Program-made: the position numbers and the translations under genes
The notes under the pieces: model-generated
Told to the model about the DNA's origin: nothing
Database searches by the model: none
Seen by the model: the letters and a program-made list of their open reading frames with translations, nothing else
Assembly (NCBI GenBank): GCA_010093705.1
Contig: MU006096.1
Coordinates: forward strand, 1,324,004-1,388,003
Source: Patellaria atrata CBS 101060
Lineage: Eukaryota
Direction of reading: 5' to 3'
DNA: 64,000 nucleotides
Shown: in pieces, positions 1-10,700 of the stretch
Position numbering within the stretch: position 1 is the stretch's first letter
How the letters are laid out: the number at the start of each line of letters is the position of its first letter

Positions 1-870
1 TAATGTGAACCGTGGCACGGGCAGAACCAACCTCCAAAATCACCAGCTTCACCAATTGGTACACAACCTAAGTGTGTGCAGACACCTTGTAAAATTTTAG
101 TAACTACCATAACACAGGTCGGGGGGGGGGGGGGGTTCGCGAATATCCAGAGGTGAAATTTGACATACCCAACATGATAAGCCACTCAGGTTGCTTCACG
201 CGGTCAGAATCAGGTTCTGGATCTCTTAAAGCTTCCCATTTAGTATCTTCCGCCTCTTTGATCTCATCTTCAGTGCGGTGCCTGATGAAGACAGGTTTGC
301 CACGCCATTTAACAATAATCTGAGTATATACATTAGCATCAGTACGGCAAATCGTACAATGACAATGCAACGACGCTTACGTTCTTGCCCTCAGGAATTG
401 CTGAGAGATCGATTTCAACCTTGGCTTGAGCAAGAACATCCGCAGAAGCTGACATGTTGACAAGGAAATCTATATTAGTCATGTCAGCAAAAGAGCTTCT
501 CAATACTTCGTTCCAACATCTCTACTGGGGACATCTAGCATATTCAATGGATGAATGCTATCCAAAGTTTCCACGTACCTTGGACGGTGTTCTTCGCTCC
601 TAGTGCTGAAACCGCTCCCATCGTTCCTACTAAGAAGTATTGGAAGACTTTGCCACTGGCCTCACCACCCCTATGTTTGTATTTTGCGAAGCTTGGAATT
701 TTGGTTGTATTCTGAGAGCTGCCGACACCCTTGAACGGGCTGTCAAAGGAGGATGAAGCGGTCGCATCAGCCAGCGATCGGGACTGGATGGCCATGCATC
801 GTAGGGGGGCCAATTGAGCCCGGCTGCAGTTGCGGAGCAACGTGCCGGACTTAGAGGCGATGGCAGACAT
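1..870 (-). CDS. RIP1: Cytochrome bc1 complex Rieske iron-sulfur subunit, mitochondrial; 3' end runs off the window. Exons 870-579, 469-381, 319-169, 85-<1
   Basis: Spliced translation gives a presequence, a TM segment ([18 protein letters not shown]), then [33 protein letters not shown] and both Rieske boxes [10 protein letters not shown] and [12 protein letters not shown]. Introns are GT..AG with branch points; intron 3 ends in AAG. Confidence 0.97.
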
Positions 871-1296
871 ATTAAGGGAGGTTGTAGATGGTGATGGCGG
901 AGGTATTGGTATGGTGTCGTCGATGAGGTTTTTCCGCCGATGTTGAAGTTGCGTTCGTTCTTGACATCGGACGAGCGCTGATTGGCTCGTCGGTAAGGAG
1001 CTCTGCCCTTTAGATATTTCTCACCAAAACGTCAGTCCCTCCCTCCTGTCATCCTTTGAATCCAGAATAGGACACCGTCTACCTCGCTACTTTAAGCTAT
1101 CAGCAGGCAGACGCGCCTCTTTTTCAACACTTAGCTTGAAGATGATTATTGGCTTCATTCAGCGAGGTTGCCAAGGCGCTTTGTCACCGCTGTTGAGGTT
1201 GTCATGCGAGCCCGGTTCGATGGGACAAACTCTTATATCATTGACAGACTACACTTGAGAGCTCAGTTTCGCAGAACACATACCCGCATTATTCCG

Positions 1297-2106
1297 ATGC
1301 CTAAACGGCCGCTGCCGGACGATATAAAGGAGACTGGCTCCACGAACCCTCCCCAGATTCGCACTGCAAGAATCAAGACGCATAAATCGACCGAGGATTT
1401 GAACTTAGACACGACTACGAAAAAGCAACAGACCCTTCATACCTTCTTCAAAGGGAAACAACGACAAAGCGACCTTGAGACCGCTAATGAGCCTACAATG
1501 ACACCTACTGCAACTATGGCAGCCAACAACACCTTCAACCCAAAAGCTGCTCAACCGTCGACGCTAACAACCAAGGCTACTAATTCTTCCTCCAAGGTTA
1601 TCATCGTTGAAAAGACCGGCGACATCTTTGATGCTCCACCCAATAGCGTGATCATCCACGCTTGTAATTGCAAGGGCCACTGGGGTGCAGGAATTGCCGC
1701 AGCGTTCAAGTCTCACTACCCAGAAGCTCATAAAATTCATGCCAGTTACTGCACCCATTGCCCTGACAAGCTTGCTCCTATTGGCACAGCGCAACTCATC
1801 CCTCCTGTTGATGGTGAGGCCAACAATATCAAACATTATGTCGGCTGTCTCTATACCAGCACGTACTATGGACGCAAAAAGGACTCACCTAGCAAGATAT
1901 TGGAAAACACCGGTCCAGCAATGGAACATTTATTGGAGTTGATTGAGAATGCGAAGCAAAAAGTCGAAGTTGGTGAGGTGAGGATGTGCAAGATCAACTC
2001 GGGACTTTTCAAGGTCCCATGGGAGAAAACTAGGAAGATGCTGGAGGGACTAGATGTTCCTTGGGACGAAGGTCTGGTCATTACCGTGTGGGAAAGGGAA
2101 GAATAG
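1297..2106 (+). CDS. POA1: Poa1/TARG1-like macrodomain protein (ADP-ribose 1''-phosphate phosphatase-like) with disordered N-terminal extension
   Basis: Macrodomain signature GDIFDAP..IIHACNCKGHWGAGIAAAFK..CLYTS..MCKINSGLFKVPW. First in-frame ATG is at 1297; later ATGs at about 1498 and 1516 are alternative starts. Confidence 0.85.
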   Translation: MPKRPLPDDIKETGSTNPPQIRTARIKTHKSTEDLNLDTTTKKQQTLHTFFKGKQRQSDLETANEPTMTPTATMAANNTFNPKAAQPSTLTTKATNSSSKVIIVEKTGDIFDAPPNSVIIHACNCKGHWGAGIAAAFKSHYPEAHKIHASYCTHCPDKLAPIGTAQLIPPVDGEANNIKHYVGCLYTSTYYGRKKDSPSKILENTGPAMEHLLELIENAKQKVEVGEVRMCKINSGLFKVPWEKTRKMLEGLDVPWDEGLVITVWEREE

Positions 2107-2721
2107 CACATATTCGTACATAGAAAAGCTCTTCCATCTGTCAGGAGGATATGAAGAGATCATGGACATTGTGCTGAATACGCAGATCAGGGACCTAAAT
2201 AATGAATTATGTACATTACCAGCAGTCAGGAACGAACAGTTTTCTGACAATATTTGAGTGATGTTTGAAACCTACCCTTATACTGGGATCCTTAAGACAC
2301 TGAGTCACATTTTTGCTGGAAAAATGATGGATACTCGGTAGTACATCTGCGGTTAGCCAATTAAGTGTATATCAAGTAACCAGGACTTCAAGCTTTCCGA
2401 CGATTACAAGACGAAGGTAGCAGAGACCAGAAAGCTATTGTACAGTACTGCAGAGTCGCGAATGAGGATACGGCCAAGGGGCCAAAAAGATTAGTAGATT
2501 ATCTTATCTCTTATCAACCAATAGGAACATAGCGTAGCTTTCACCCTTGGCGTTATGTACAATTTCCAAAGTGTTGCCCCAATTCAACATATGTTCATCG
2601 CGCACTCTTGCGCAACTAAGAACCCTTCGACCTTCGAAAGTAGATACCTACTGAAAGCGCTACCTTATCCGCACATCTCTCTATTCTCCCTAAGCCGCCC
2701 CCCCCCGTTCTATACTACACG

Positions 2722-5700
2722 ATGGAAGACCTCACAGCTTTAGAGAGCTTAGGGCTAGTCTCCAAGGTCAATTCAGAGCTTCAAAACCACTTGGGAATTA
2801 GTGATAAAACCCTGGCCGAGTTTGTCATCGCCCAACATGAGAAGAGCAGTTCGTTGGACGAGTTTAAGTCGAGTTTGGAGGCTATGGGCGCAGAGTTCCC
2901 GAACAGTTTGATACAGAGCATAGATCGGCTGGTCTTAACCTTGAATCCAAAATACAAGGCAAAGGAGAAAAAGAGCAATGTTGAAGGAGTAGTAGACGAG
3001 AAGGATAGAAAAGCTAGGATCTTCAAGGGGTTGGCGATCCCGGATGCGGAACCTGCTTTCGATGCCGGAAATGATGGGAATGATACTTTGGACGATACAT
3101 TTGCTGCGCTGGAATCATTAGCCAAAGGCACTGGGCCAATTGGGAAAAAAGAATCTGGTAAGCGGAGTGTGAGTCCTTCGGATAGGGACTACCGAAACGG
3201 GAGCAACAAACGGTCCAGAAGATCATCACCGTCAAGATCAAAACGCAAGGAGGATTACGGGTTTATGTTTGATGATGGGAATGGGAACACAATAGAGGCA
3301 CCTGCAATCAGACCCAGGGGTAGGAATAAGGATAGACGTAGGAATTACGAAGAAGATGATCGCTTTGACCGTCCACCCCCGGTTGAGGTTGATGATGAAC
3401 CTATACTCTACAAATGCTATCGAGGGCATGTTACAGGTGTCAAAAGTTTTGGATGTTTTGTCAACCTACATAACATCAAAGGGTCGGTTGATGGACTCGT
3501 GCATGTTTCCGCAATGCGTGAGGGTAGAGTCAACGACCCGTCAGACTTTGTGTCTAAGGGGCAAGAAGTTTGGGTCAAGGTAACTAAAATAGAAGGCAGT
3601 CGACTTAGTCTATCCATGAAGGAGGTTGACCAAGTCACCGGACGTGATCTTGACCCATATAAACGTATCGAGCATGCCTCTGGGGCCAATTCGACTGCTG
3701 TTAGGGGTCGTCTAAGTGGTAATGGACAATTTGACTCTCCTCAATCCTCCGTACCTGTTGTCGAAGGAATTTTTAGCCAAAAACGCGATAAAAAGCGTCT
3801 CACCTCTCCGGAACGCTTTGAAATAAAACAATTGATAGCTTCTGGTGTTATGTCTGCTACGGATTATCCAGATATTGACGAAGAATATAATGAGCACGGG
3901 ATGCGGGAAGATGAGGAAGATGTTGACATAGAGGTTCGAGAGGAGGAGCCTCCTTTCCTTGCAGGTCAGACTAAGCAGTCCTTGGAGCTCTCACCAATAC
4001 GAATTGTAAAGGCTCCAGATGGAAGCATGAATAGAGCGGCAATGTCCGGCGAACAGATTGCACGAGAGCGCCGAGAATTAAGACAGCAAGAAGCTCAAGA
4101 TAAAGCAGTAGAAGAAGCAACCAAGGTTGATTTAAGTACACAATGGAATGATCCACTTGCTCGTCCGGACGAACGAAAGTTTGCGAGTGATCTCAGGAGT
4201 AAAGGGCGAAATGAGGTACCAGATGCCATGCCAGAGTGGAAGAGGATCTCGCAAGGAAAAGAAAAGAATATGGGGAAGCGAAGTAACCTGAGTATCAAAG
4301 AGCAGAGAGAGACCTTACCTGTTTTTCAATTCCGGAATCAGTTCCTCGAGGCCGTAAAGGTTAATCAGGTCATGATTGTCGTCGGAGAGACAGGTAGTGG
4401 CAAGACAACTCAATTAACGCAGTATCTTGCGGAAGCTGGATATGCTGGAACGAATAATCCAGAGATGGGTCAACAGGGAATCATTGGATGCACACAACCT
4501 CGCCGGGTGGCTGCAATGTCCGTAGCTGCACGTGTAGCTGAGGAAGTTGGCTGTTTGCTAGGGAACGAGGTTGGATATACCATACGTTTCGAGGATAAAA
4601 CTAGCGCGGATACCAAGATCAAATACATGACAGACGGTATTCTTCAGCGGGAGATTCTCTTGTCACCAAACTTAGAACGGTATTCTGTGATCATGTTGGA
4701 CGAAGCCCATGAGAGAACAATCGCCACAGATGTGTTATTTGCACTCATACGGAAGGCACTAAAGAGACGACCGGACCTTAAACTTATTGTTACATCTGCG
4801 ACTCTGGATGCTGATAAGTTTAGCTCTTACTTTGGAGAAGCACCTATCTTCACGATTCCTGGCAGAACTTTCCCCGTCCAGATTCTCTACGCAAAGGAAC
4901 CAGAAAGTGACTATGTCAGCGCTGCCATCACGACTGTTATAACAATACATTTATCAGAGGACTTGGAAGGAGGGGATATACTAGTCTTCCTCACAGGTCG
5001 AGATGAAATCGATACAGCATGCTCAATACTTCAAGAGAGGATGGACTCACTAGGACGTTCAGTCCCCGAACTACTCATTCTACCAATCTACGCCGCGTTA
5101 CCAACTGAGGTGGCCACACGCGTCTTCGAACCCGCAGGTCCAGGGCAACGCAAAGTCATTATTGCCACTAACATCGCCGAAACCTCATTAACCCTCGAAG
5201 GCGTTCGTTTCGTCGTCGACACCGGCTTCGTGAAAGTCTCTGCCTACAACCCCAAAATGGGCATGGATACCCTTCAAGTCTCTCCCATCTCACAAGCGCA
5301 AGCCAAGCAACGAGCCGGTCGGGCCGGTCGTACCGCACCAGGTACCTGCTATCGGTTATATACCGAAGCGGCCTACAATACCGAAATGTTGGCTACAAGC
5401 TTACCCGAGATCCAAAGGTCGAATATGGCGAATACGGTGTTATTGTTGAAAGCGATGGGGATTAACGATTTACTTTCTTTCCCCTGGATGGACCCGCCCC
5501 CCGTTAACGTCGTCCTCACAGCTCTCGAGGAACTCTACGCCCTCGGTGCTCTTGACGACGAGGGCCTACTCACTCGCCAAGGACGCCAGCTCGCGGACTA
5601 CCCAATGGATCCTACGCTCGGCAAAACAATGTTAGCATCCGTCTCTCTTCAGTGCAGTGACGAAGTATTGTCGATCATTGCAATGGTGACAGGCGCCCAA

Positions 5701-6342
5701 AACGTGTTCTACCGCCCCAAAGAAAAAGCCCAGCAAGCGGACCAGAAGAGAACGCGATTCTTCCATCCAAAGGGCGACCATCTCACATTGTTAAATGTAT
5801 ATCAGGAGTGGTTGAGAAGCGGGATGAGCGCGCCATGGTGTCACGAGCATTTCCTACAGCAAAAATCCCTACGAAGGATCAAAGACGTGCGAGAGCAATT
5901 AGTCCAGATCGTGCAGAGACAACGACACAAGATCGTCAGCTGCGGCCGCGACACAGACCGCGTCCTCAAGTCCCTCTGCGCCGGTTTCTTCAGACACGCC
6001 GTGCGCAAAGATCCTCACGAAGGCTTCAAAACTCTCGTCGAGGGGACTCCGGTGTATATGCATCCTTCTTCCGCCCTCTTCGGTAAGCCCGGGGAGTGGG
6101 CGATCTATCAGGCCCTCGTCATGACGTCCAAGGAATACATGCACAATGTCACCGCCATCGATCCGAGGTGGCTCGTCGAGTTCGCCCCGACGTTCTTCAA
6201 GGTCGCGGGCAAAGACGGTCTCAGTAAGAGGAAGCTGGCGGAGAGGATCCAGCCGCTGCATAACCGGTTCGCGGGCGAGGATGACTGGAGGTTGAGCGCG
6301 CAGAAGAGGCAGGGTAGAGGTGGTGGTGGAACTTGGGGTTAA
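2722..6342 (+). CDS. PRP22: Pre-mRNA splicing DEAH-box helicase Prp22/DHX8, intronless
   Basis: N-terminal PWI-like region, S1 domain (GHVTGVKSFGCFV..GLVHVS), GETGSGKT, TQPRRVAA, DEAH, SAT and QRAGRAGR motifs, C-terminal HA2/OB regions. Confidence 0.96.
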   Translation: MEDLTALESLGLVSKVNSELQNHLGISDKTLAEFVIAQHEKSSSLDEFKSSLEAMGAEFPNSLIQSIDRLVLTLNPKYKAKEKKSNVEGVVDEKDRKARIFKGLAIPDAEPAFDAGNDGNDTLDDTFAALESLAKGTGPIGKKESGKRSVSPSDRDYRNGSNKRSRRSSPSRSKRKEDYGFMFDDGNGNTIEAPAIRPRGRNKDRRRNYEEDDRFDRPPPVEVDDEPILYKCYRGHVTGVKSFGCFVNLHNIKGSVDGLVHVSAMREGRVNDPSDFVSKGQEVWVKVTKIEGSRLSLSMKEVDQVTGRDLDPYKRIEHASGANSTAVRGRLSGNGQFDSPQSSVPVVEGIFSQKRDKKRLTSPERFEIKQLIASGVMSATDYPDIDEEYNEHGMREDEEDVDIEVREEEPPFLAGQTKQSLELSPIRIVKAPDGSMNRAAMSGEQIARERRELRQQEAQDKAVEEATKVDLSTQWNDPLARPDERKFASDLRSKGRNEVPDAMPEWKRISQGKEKNMGKRSNLSIKEQRETLPVFQFRNQFLEAVKVNQVMIVVGETGSGKTTQLTQYLAEAGYAGTNNPEMGQQGIIGCTQPRRVAAMSVAARVAEEVGCLLGNEVGYTIRFEDKTSADTKIKYMTDGILQREILLSPNLERYSVIMLDEAHERTIATDVLFALIRKALKRRPDLKLIVTSATLDADKFSSYFGEAPIFTIPGRTFPVQILYAKEPESDYVSAAITTVITIHLSEDLEGGDILVFLTGRDEIDTACSILQERMDSLGRSVPELLILPIYAALPTEVATRVFEPAGPGQRKVIIATNIAETSLTLEGVRFVVDTGFVKVSAYNPKMGMDTLQVSPISQAQAKQRAGRAGRTAPGTCYRLYTEAAYNTEMLATSLPEIQRSNMANTVLLLKAMGINDLLSFPWMDPPPVNVVLTALEELYALGALDDEGLLTRQGRQLADYPMDPTLGKTMLASVSLQCSDEVLSIIAMVTGAQNVFYRPKEKAQQADQKRTRFFHPKGDHLTLLNVYQEWLRSGMSAPWCHEHFLQQKSLRRIKDVREQLVQIVQRQRHKIVSCGRDTDRVLKSLCAGFFRHAVRKDPHEGFKTLVEGTPVYMHPSSALFGKPGEWAIYQALVMTSKEYMHNVTAIDPRWLVEFAPTFFKVAGKDGLSKRKLAERIQPLHNRFAGEDDWRLSAQKRQGRGGGGTWG

Positions 6343-6937
6343 GATAGCGATGGCGTAATGAAGTGTATTGCGTGTGCTTCTCTGAGCAGCTGGAGCACAA
6401 TATATCTATCTACCGTATGATGCGTTCCATAATCCGAGTCCTGCACTCTGCGATCTGTTCCATATCCATAATCCATAATCCATAACTCATCCCATCATCA
6501 TCCAAACTTACAAATCATGCCGTTCTCGCCTTCTGAACACCACGATCCTTCTCATCATCGCCCTCATACCCATCAGCCTCCGAAAACCCCCTTTTCAACA
6601 CCCGTCCCGCACGCGCCTAGACCTCGCGCTTCCGCGCACACACGACCGACCAGCTATCCTCAGGATCCACAACCGCGTCCACCACGCCGTCGAAAACATC
6701 CACATCCTCCACGCCATCCGGGGAACTAGAGCCAGAACCGCAATGGGAGGAGCAGGGGGACCGGGCACCACAATCGTCCAGCCACATATATATAGCGACC
6801 CTGCAGTCCGCTTTCGTCACGCATCTCCACTCGTCCATCAGCTGTGCTGATACGGTTCCGCAGAGGAGGCCGGTTGGGGTTAGAGAGGCGATTCAGGCTC
6901 GACTGATGTACCATCGTTGTCGTCATCGTCGTCGACG

Positions 6938-6975
6938 GAGGAGGAGGAGGAGGAGGAGGAGGAGGAGGAGGAGGA
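6938..6975. repeat. (GAG)n trinucleotide microsatellite
   Basis: Directly visible gaggaggag run. Confidence 0.95.
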
Positions 6976-7140
6976 ACGAGAGGATGAGGAGGAGGTAGAA
7001 AGAGGTCTCTCCGCCGTACCAAGGACGCGGAGGCGGGGTTGGAGGATGGTCATTTTGAGTTGCATTTCTTTGGTGGTTGCAACTTCGATTGTGTTGTGCT
7101 GGTTCCAACATGTTAGCTCGGACCGTGTATCTTTGGTTCA

Positions 7141-7169
7141 GGGGGGGGGGGGGGGGGGGGGGGGGTGGT

Positions 7170-7200
<31 letters not shown>

Positions 7201-7205
7201 GGGGG
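7141..7205. repeat. Poly-G tract (about G25-TGGT-G30-A-G5)
   Basis: Directly visible homopolymer runs; exact length may be an assembly artefact. Confidence 0.95.
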
Positions 7206-7788
7206 TTTGCTTGCAGTGCGTAGAGATGGTTGCGGAATCGTGGGTATGACTGTGTCATCGCGGATACTGTTACGATGTTCTCCGTGGAGAACTGGAGCGA
7301 GGGTGATGTTGAGGGGGGAGGGAGTGGGAGACGGGGAGACGTATATGGGGGATAGACGACAATGGCATGGGAACACGATAGAGGTCAGAATAGGGAATGG
7401 GGATGTACTTACAATAGACCAACTCGTATTGACAATGACAGAACACTACAATAGGGCCAAAGTCACAGTAGCCAAATAGTCACAATAGGGGTGAAACTGA
7501 CAACAGGAAAAAGTCACGGATCTGCTATCACGTCTCAACAAAGTCAACCACGAGACCCAGAAAGTAGAATTACAGATTACATTACTATCTACGTACTCTA
7601 CCTAACGACTCCCCCCTAACAACCCGGCTGAATCAAAACGCAGCAAATGCTGTACAAATGAGGTAAGAATCAGAAAGAGTGACTTTTACATATCTCCCAA
7701 CTCCTCTCCCCTAATCTTCCCCTTTTCATCCTCCCTCTCCATCTCTCTATTTCCATCTCGCTTCAATTATTCTCGTTCAGCTGGTGTT

Positions 7789-10700
7789 CTAAGCGACGAA
7801 GAACATAGCTGCTAAAACAACAGCCAATGCCGCAGTCTTGAACTTCACGTCGGCCGCACCTGAGGCAGGCGGGTAGGTCTCCGCTGGCTCGCTGGGCTCA
7901 GGAACGGGAACGGATGGATATTGCGAGGGTGGGACGACCGGGTAAGTCTCCGCTGGAGGTGCAGGCTCAGTCTCAATAGGCGGGGCAGGCTCAGTCTCGA
8001 CTGGTGGAGCGGGTTGAGTCTCGACTGGTGGAGCGGGTTGAGTCTCGACAGGAGGCGCTGGATATGTTTCAATTGGTGGTGCAGGTTGAGTCTCGACAGG
8101 CGGCGCTGGTTGGGTCTCAACAGGAGGAGCTGGCTGCGACTCAATCTCCGGGGGAGGGCAGGGTGTTGTCGTCTCCTCAACCAGTTGTGAAGGTGAAGGT
8201 GCGGGGTGACTTTCAACCGGTGGTGCTGGATGAGTTTCAACCGGTGGTGCGGAATGGGTTTCAACAGGAGGAGCTGGCTGCGTCTCAATCTCCGGGGGAG
8301 GGCAAGGTGTTGTCGTCTCCTCAACCGGTTGTGAAGGTGAAGGTGCGGGGTGACTTTCAACCGGTGGTGCGGGATGGGTTTCCACTGGTGGTGGGGGATG
8401 GGTTTCCACTGGTGGTGGGGGATGGGTTTCAACAGGAGGAGCTGGCTGCGTCTCAACCTCCGGGGGTGGGCAAGGTGTTGTAGGACTTTCAACTGGTGGT
8501 GCTGGGTGAGTTTCACCCGGTGGCGCTGGATGAGTTTCAACAGGAGGAACTGGATGAGTCTCCACAGGAGGAGCTGGATGAGTCTCCACAGGAGGAGCTG
8601 GATGAGTCTCCACAGGAGGAGCTGGATGAGTCTCCACAGGAGGAGCTGGATGAGTCTCCACAGGAGGAGCTGGATGAGTCTCCACAGGAGGAGCTGGGTG
8701 AGTCTCCACAGGAGGAGCTGGATGAGTCTCAACTGGCGGAGGAACAAATGCAGACGTTTCGACGGGGTGGGAAGAATATGGAGCCGGAGGTGGGGTCTCG
8801 ACCTCAGAGGGGCAAGGTGTCGTTGTTTCCTCGGCAGGGTGCGAGGGAACAGGGACAGGAGGTTGAGTCTCGATCTCGGGAGGGCAAGGTGCCGTTGTCT
8901 CTTCTGCGGGTGGAGAAGGAACGGGAACGGGGTGGCTCTCAACTGGCTTTGTAGGGACGGGAGCTGGCGTAGATTCCACAGGAGTTGGGCAAGGTAGAGT
9001 CTCAGTCTGGACTTGAGTAACAGGAACCTCCTTTGTAACAGTGTCAGCTTCAGTAGGGCAAGGCAGGGTCTCAGTCTGGACCTGAGTAACAGGAACCTTC
9101 ACGGTCTCGACTTCAGGGGATTCGGTGCAAGGAAGAGTCTCGATTTGAACCTGAGTTTTAACATGAGTCTGAACCTGAGTCTGAACCTGAGTTTGAATCT
9201 TTGTAATGGGAACCTCCTTGGTAATTGGGACTTCATGCGTCACCGTCTTCTCCTCACACTCAACTTCCTCGCATTCGGTTTTCTCTGGCATTGGGGGCAT
9301 GGGAGCAGGAGTGGTCTCCTCACACGGCGTTGTTTCTGGTGCTGGAGGCATAGGAGCAGGCGTGGTCTCCTCACACGGCGTTGTTTCTGGCACTGGAGGC
9401 ATAGGAACAGGGGTGGTTTCCTCACAAGGCGTTGTCTCAGCCGCGGGAGGGGTTATGACACGAGGTGGAATAACCATGTGCTCGGACGGTTTCGGCATGA
9501 TAGAAGTCTCGCAATCTGGTACTCCAGCCCAAGGCCCGCAAGAGTGTTTGAGTCTCTGCTTGGGAGGTGCCGGCTTATGATATGTTGGCATTGGAAGTTC
9601 CGACATGGGCATCGTTACAGGGGTCACCATAGTGAAGGTCCAGCATTTGGTAGTGTGGTGACGTTGCTTGCAGAATGTTGAAGTCGAACAAGCGGTCGTC
9701 GAGGTTGTCGAGGGATGGCATTCCTCATCGTCGTCCTCGCATTCAGGAGTTGGAGCGGGTTCATGATGCTCCGCTGGTTTTGTCGGCTTCGGGCTGATGG
9801 GATAGCAGTTCTCTTCACCCTCCTCGCATTCCTTGGTGGGTTTCGCTGGGATCGGGTAGCAGTTTTCTTCTCCCTCTTCACATTCGTGCTCAGGTTCGGG
9901 GGGAACAGGGTGGCAATCTTCATCTCCATCCTCACAATCGTCGTCCTGCTCGGATCCTTCTTGTTCATGTTCATAACCATGTCCATAGCCATGGTCATGA
10001 TCAAGTTCGGAAGCTTCCTTCATGTCTTCGTTTCCCGAATCGTCTTCGTGTTCACCACGTGGGGTAATAGAAGCTATTTTCAGGTCGTAGAGTTCGTGGT
10101 AAACACCATTGTCATCGTAAACATAACCATCATACTCGGGATCTTCATCAGTATGCATAGTCTCAAACCCATGGCCTGTATCGACTGTAACCTTATCACG
10201 TCTGTCATGACTATGAACATCATCTTGTAGCTTGTAGCAGTTCTTCTGACCTGGTTCGCACTTTGGCTTTGACTTTACGACTTCGTGGCACCCTTCGGCT
10301 CCACATTCCTTCGGCTCTTCCACTTCATGACATTCTTTTCCATTGCACTTCTCAGTCTCATCCTCCCATGGATTGTTCCAGTATTCTTTTGGTTGAGATT
10401 CTGCGGTGCAAGACAGGCATTCCGGTTTCTCGAAGTGGACCTTACCGCCCCAAGCTTTCTTCTCTCCAATCTTCTTGACCAGTAACTTGAGGTACTTCTT
10501 GAACTCCCCCTTGAGCTTCATGATCGGAATCCTGCAATCTTTGCATGGTTTGGGAAGTACATATGTGTCGGTATCCTTGTGGATTGGAGTGATGGGGCAT
10601 TTGTCACAAAACTTGGCGAAGGAATATTTCTCACCCTCCTTAGAGAAGAAATTGATCTCATTCTTGATGAAGAGGTTGACCACCTTTGGTTTGAGGACTT

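Larger units (their letters stand above)
6515..7420 (-). other. Unresolved spliced orphan locus or pseudogene spanning the poly-C and (CCT)n tracts
   Basis: Minus-strand splice signals (GTAAGT donor near 7412, CTCAAC..CAG acceptor near 7292, GCTAAC..CAG acceptor near 7100) and protein-like fragments (HNTIEVATTKEMQLKMTILQPRLRVLG; MDEWRCVTKADCRVAIYMWL) broken by stops. No consistent gene model found. Confidence 0.3.

Noticed and set aside
8541..8731. Regular direct repeats resembling a CRISPR array
   Set aside because: Head-to-tail units with no unique spacers, inside a eukaryotic CDS, with no cas genes.
8004..8997. Plus-strand ORFs with ELDESPQE and RRSWMSLH repeats, and the alternative-frame LLLWRLIQ ORF
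   Set aside because: Shadows of the 24-bp coding minisatellite; stop-free frames are expected in a short repeat.
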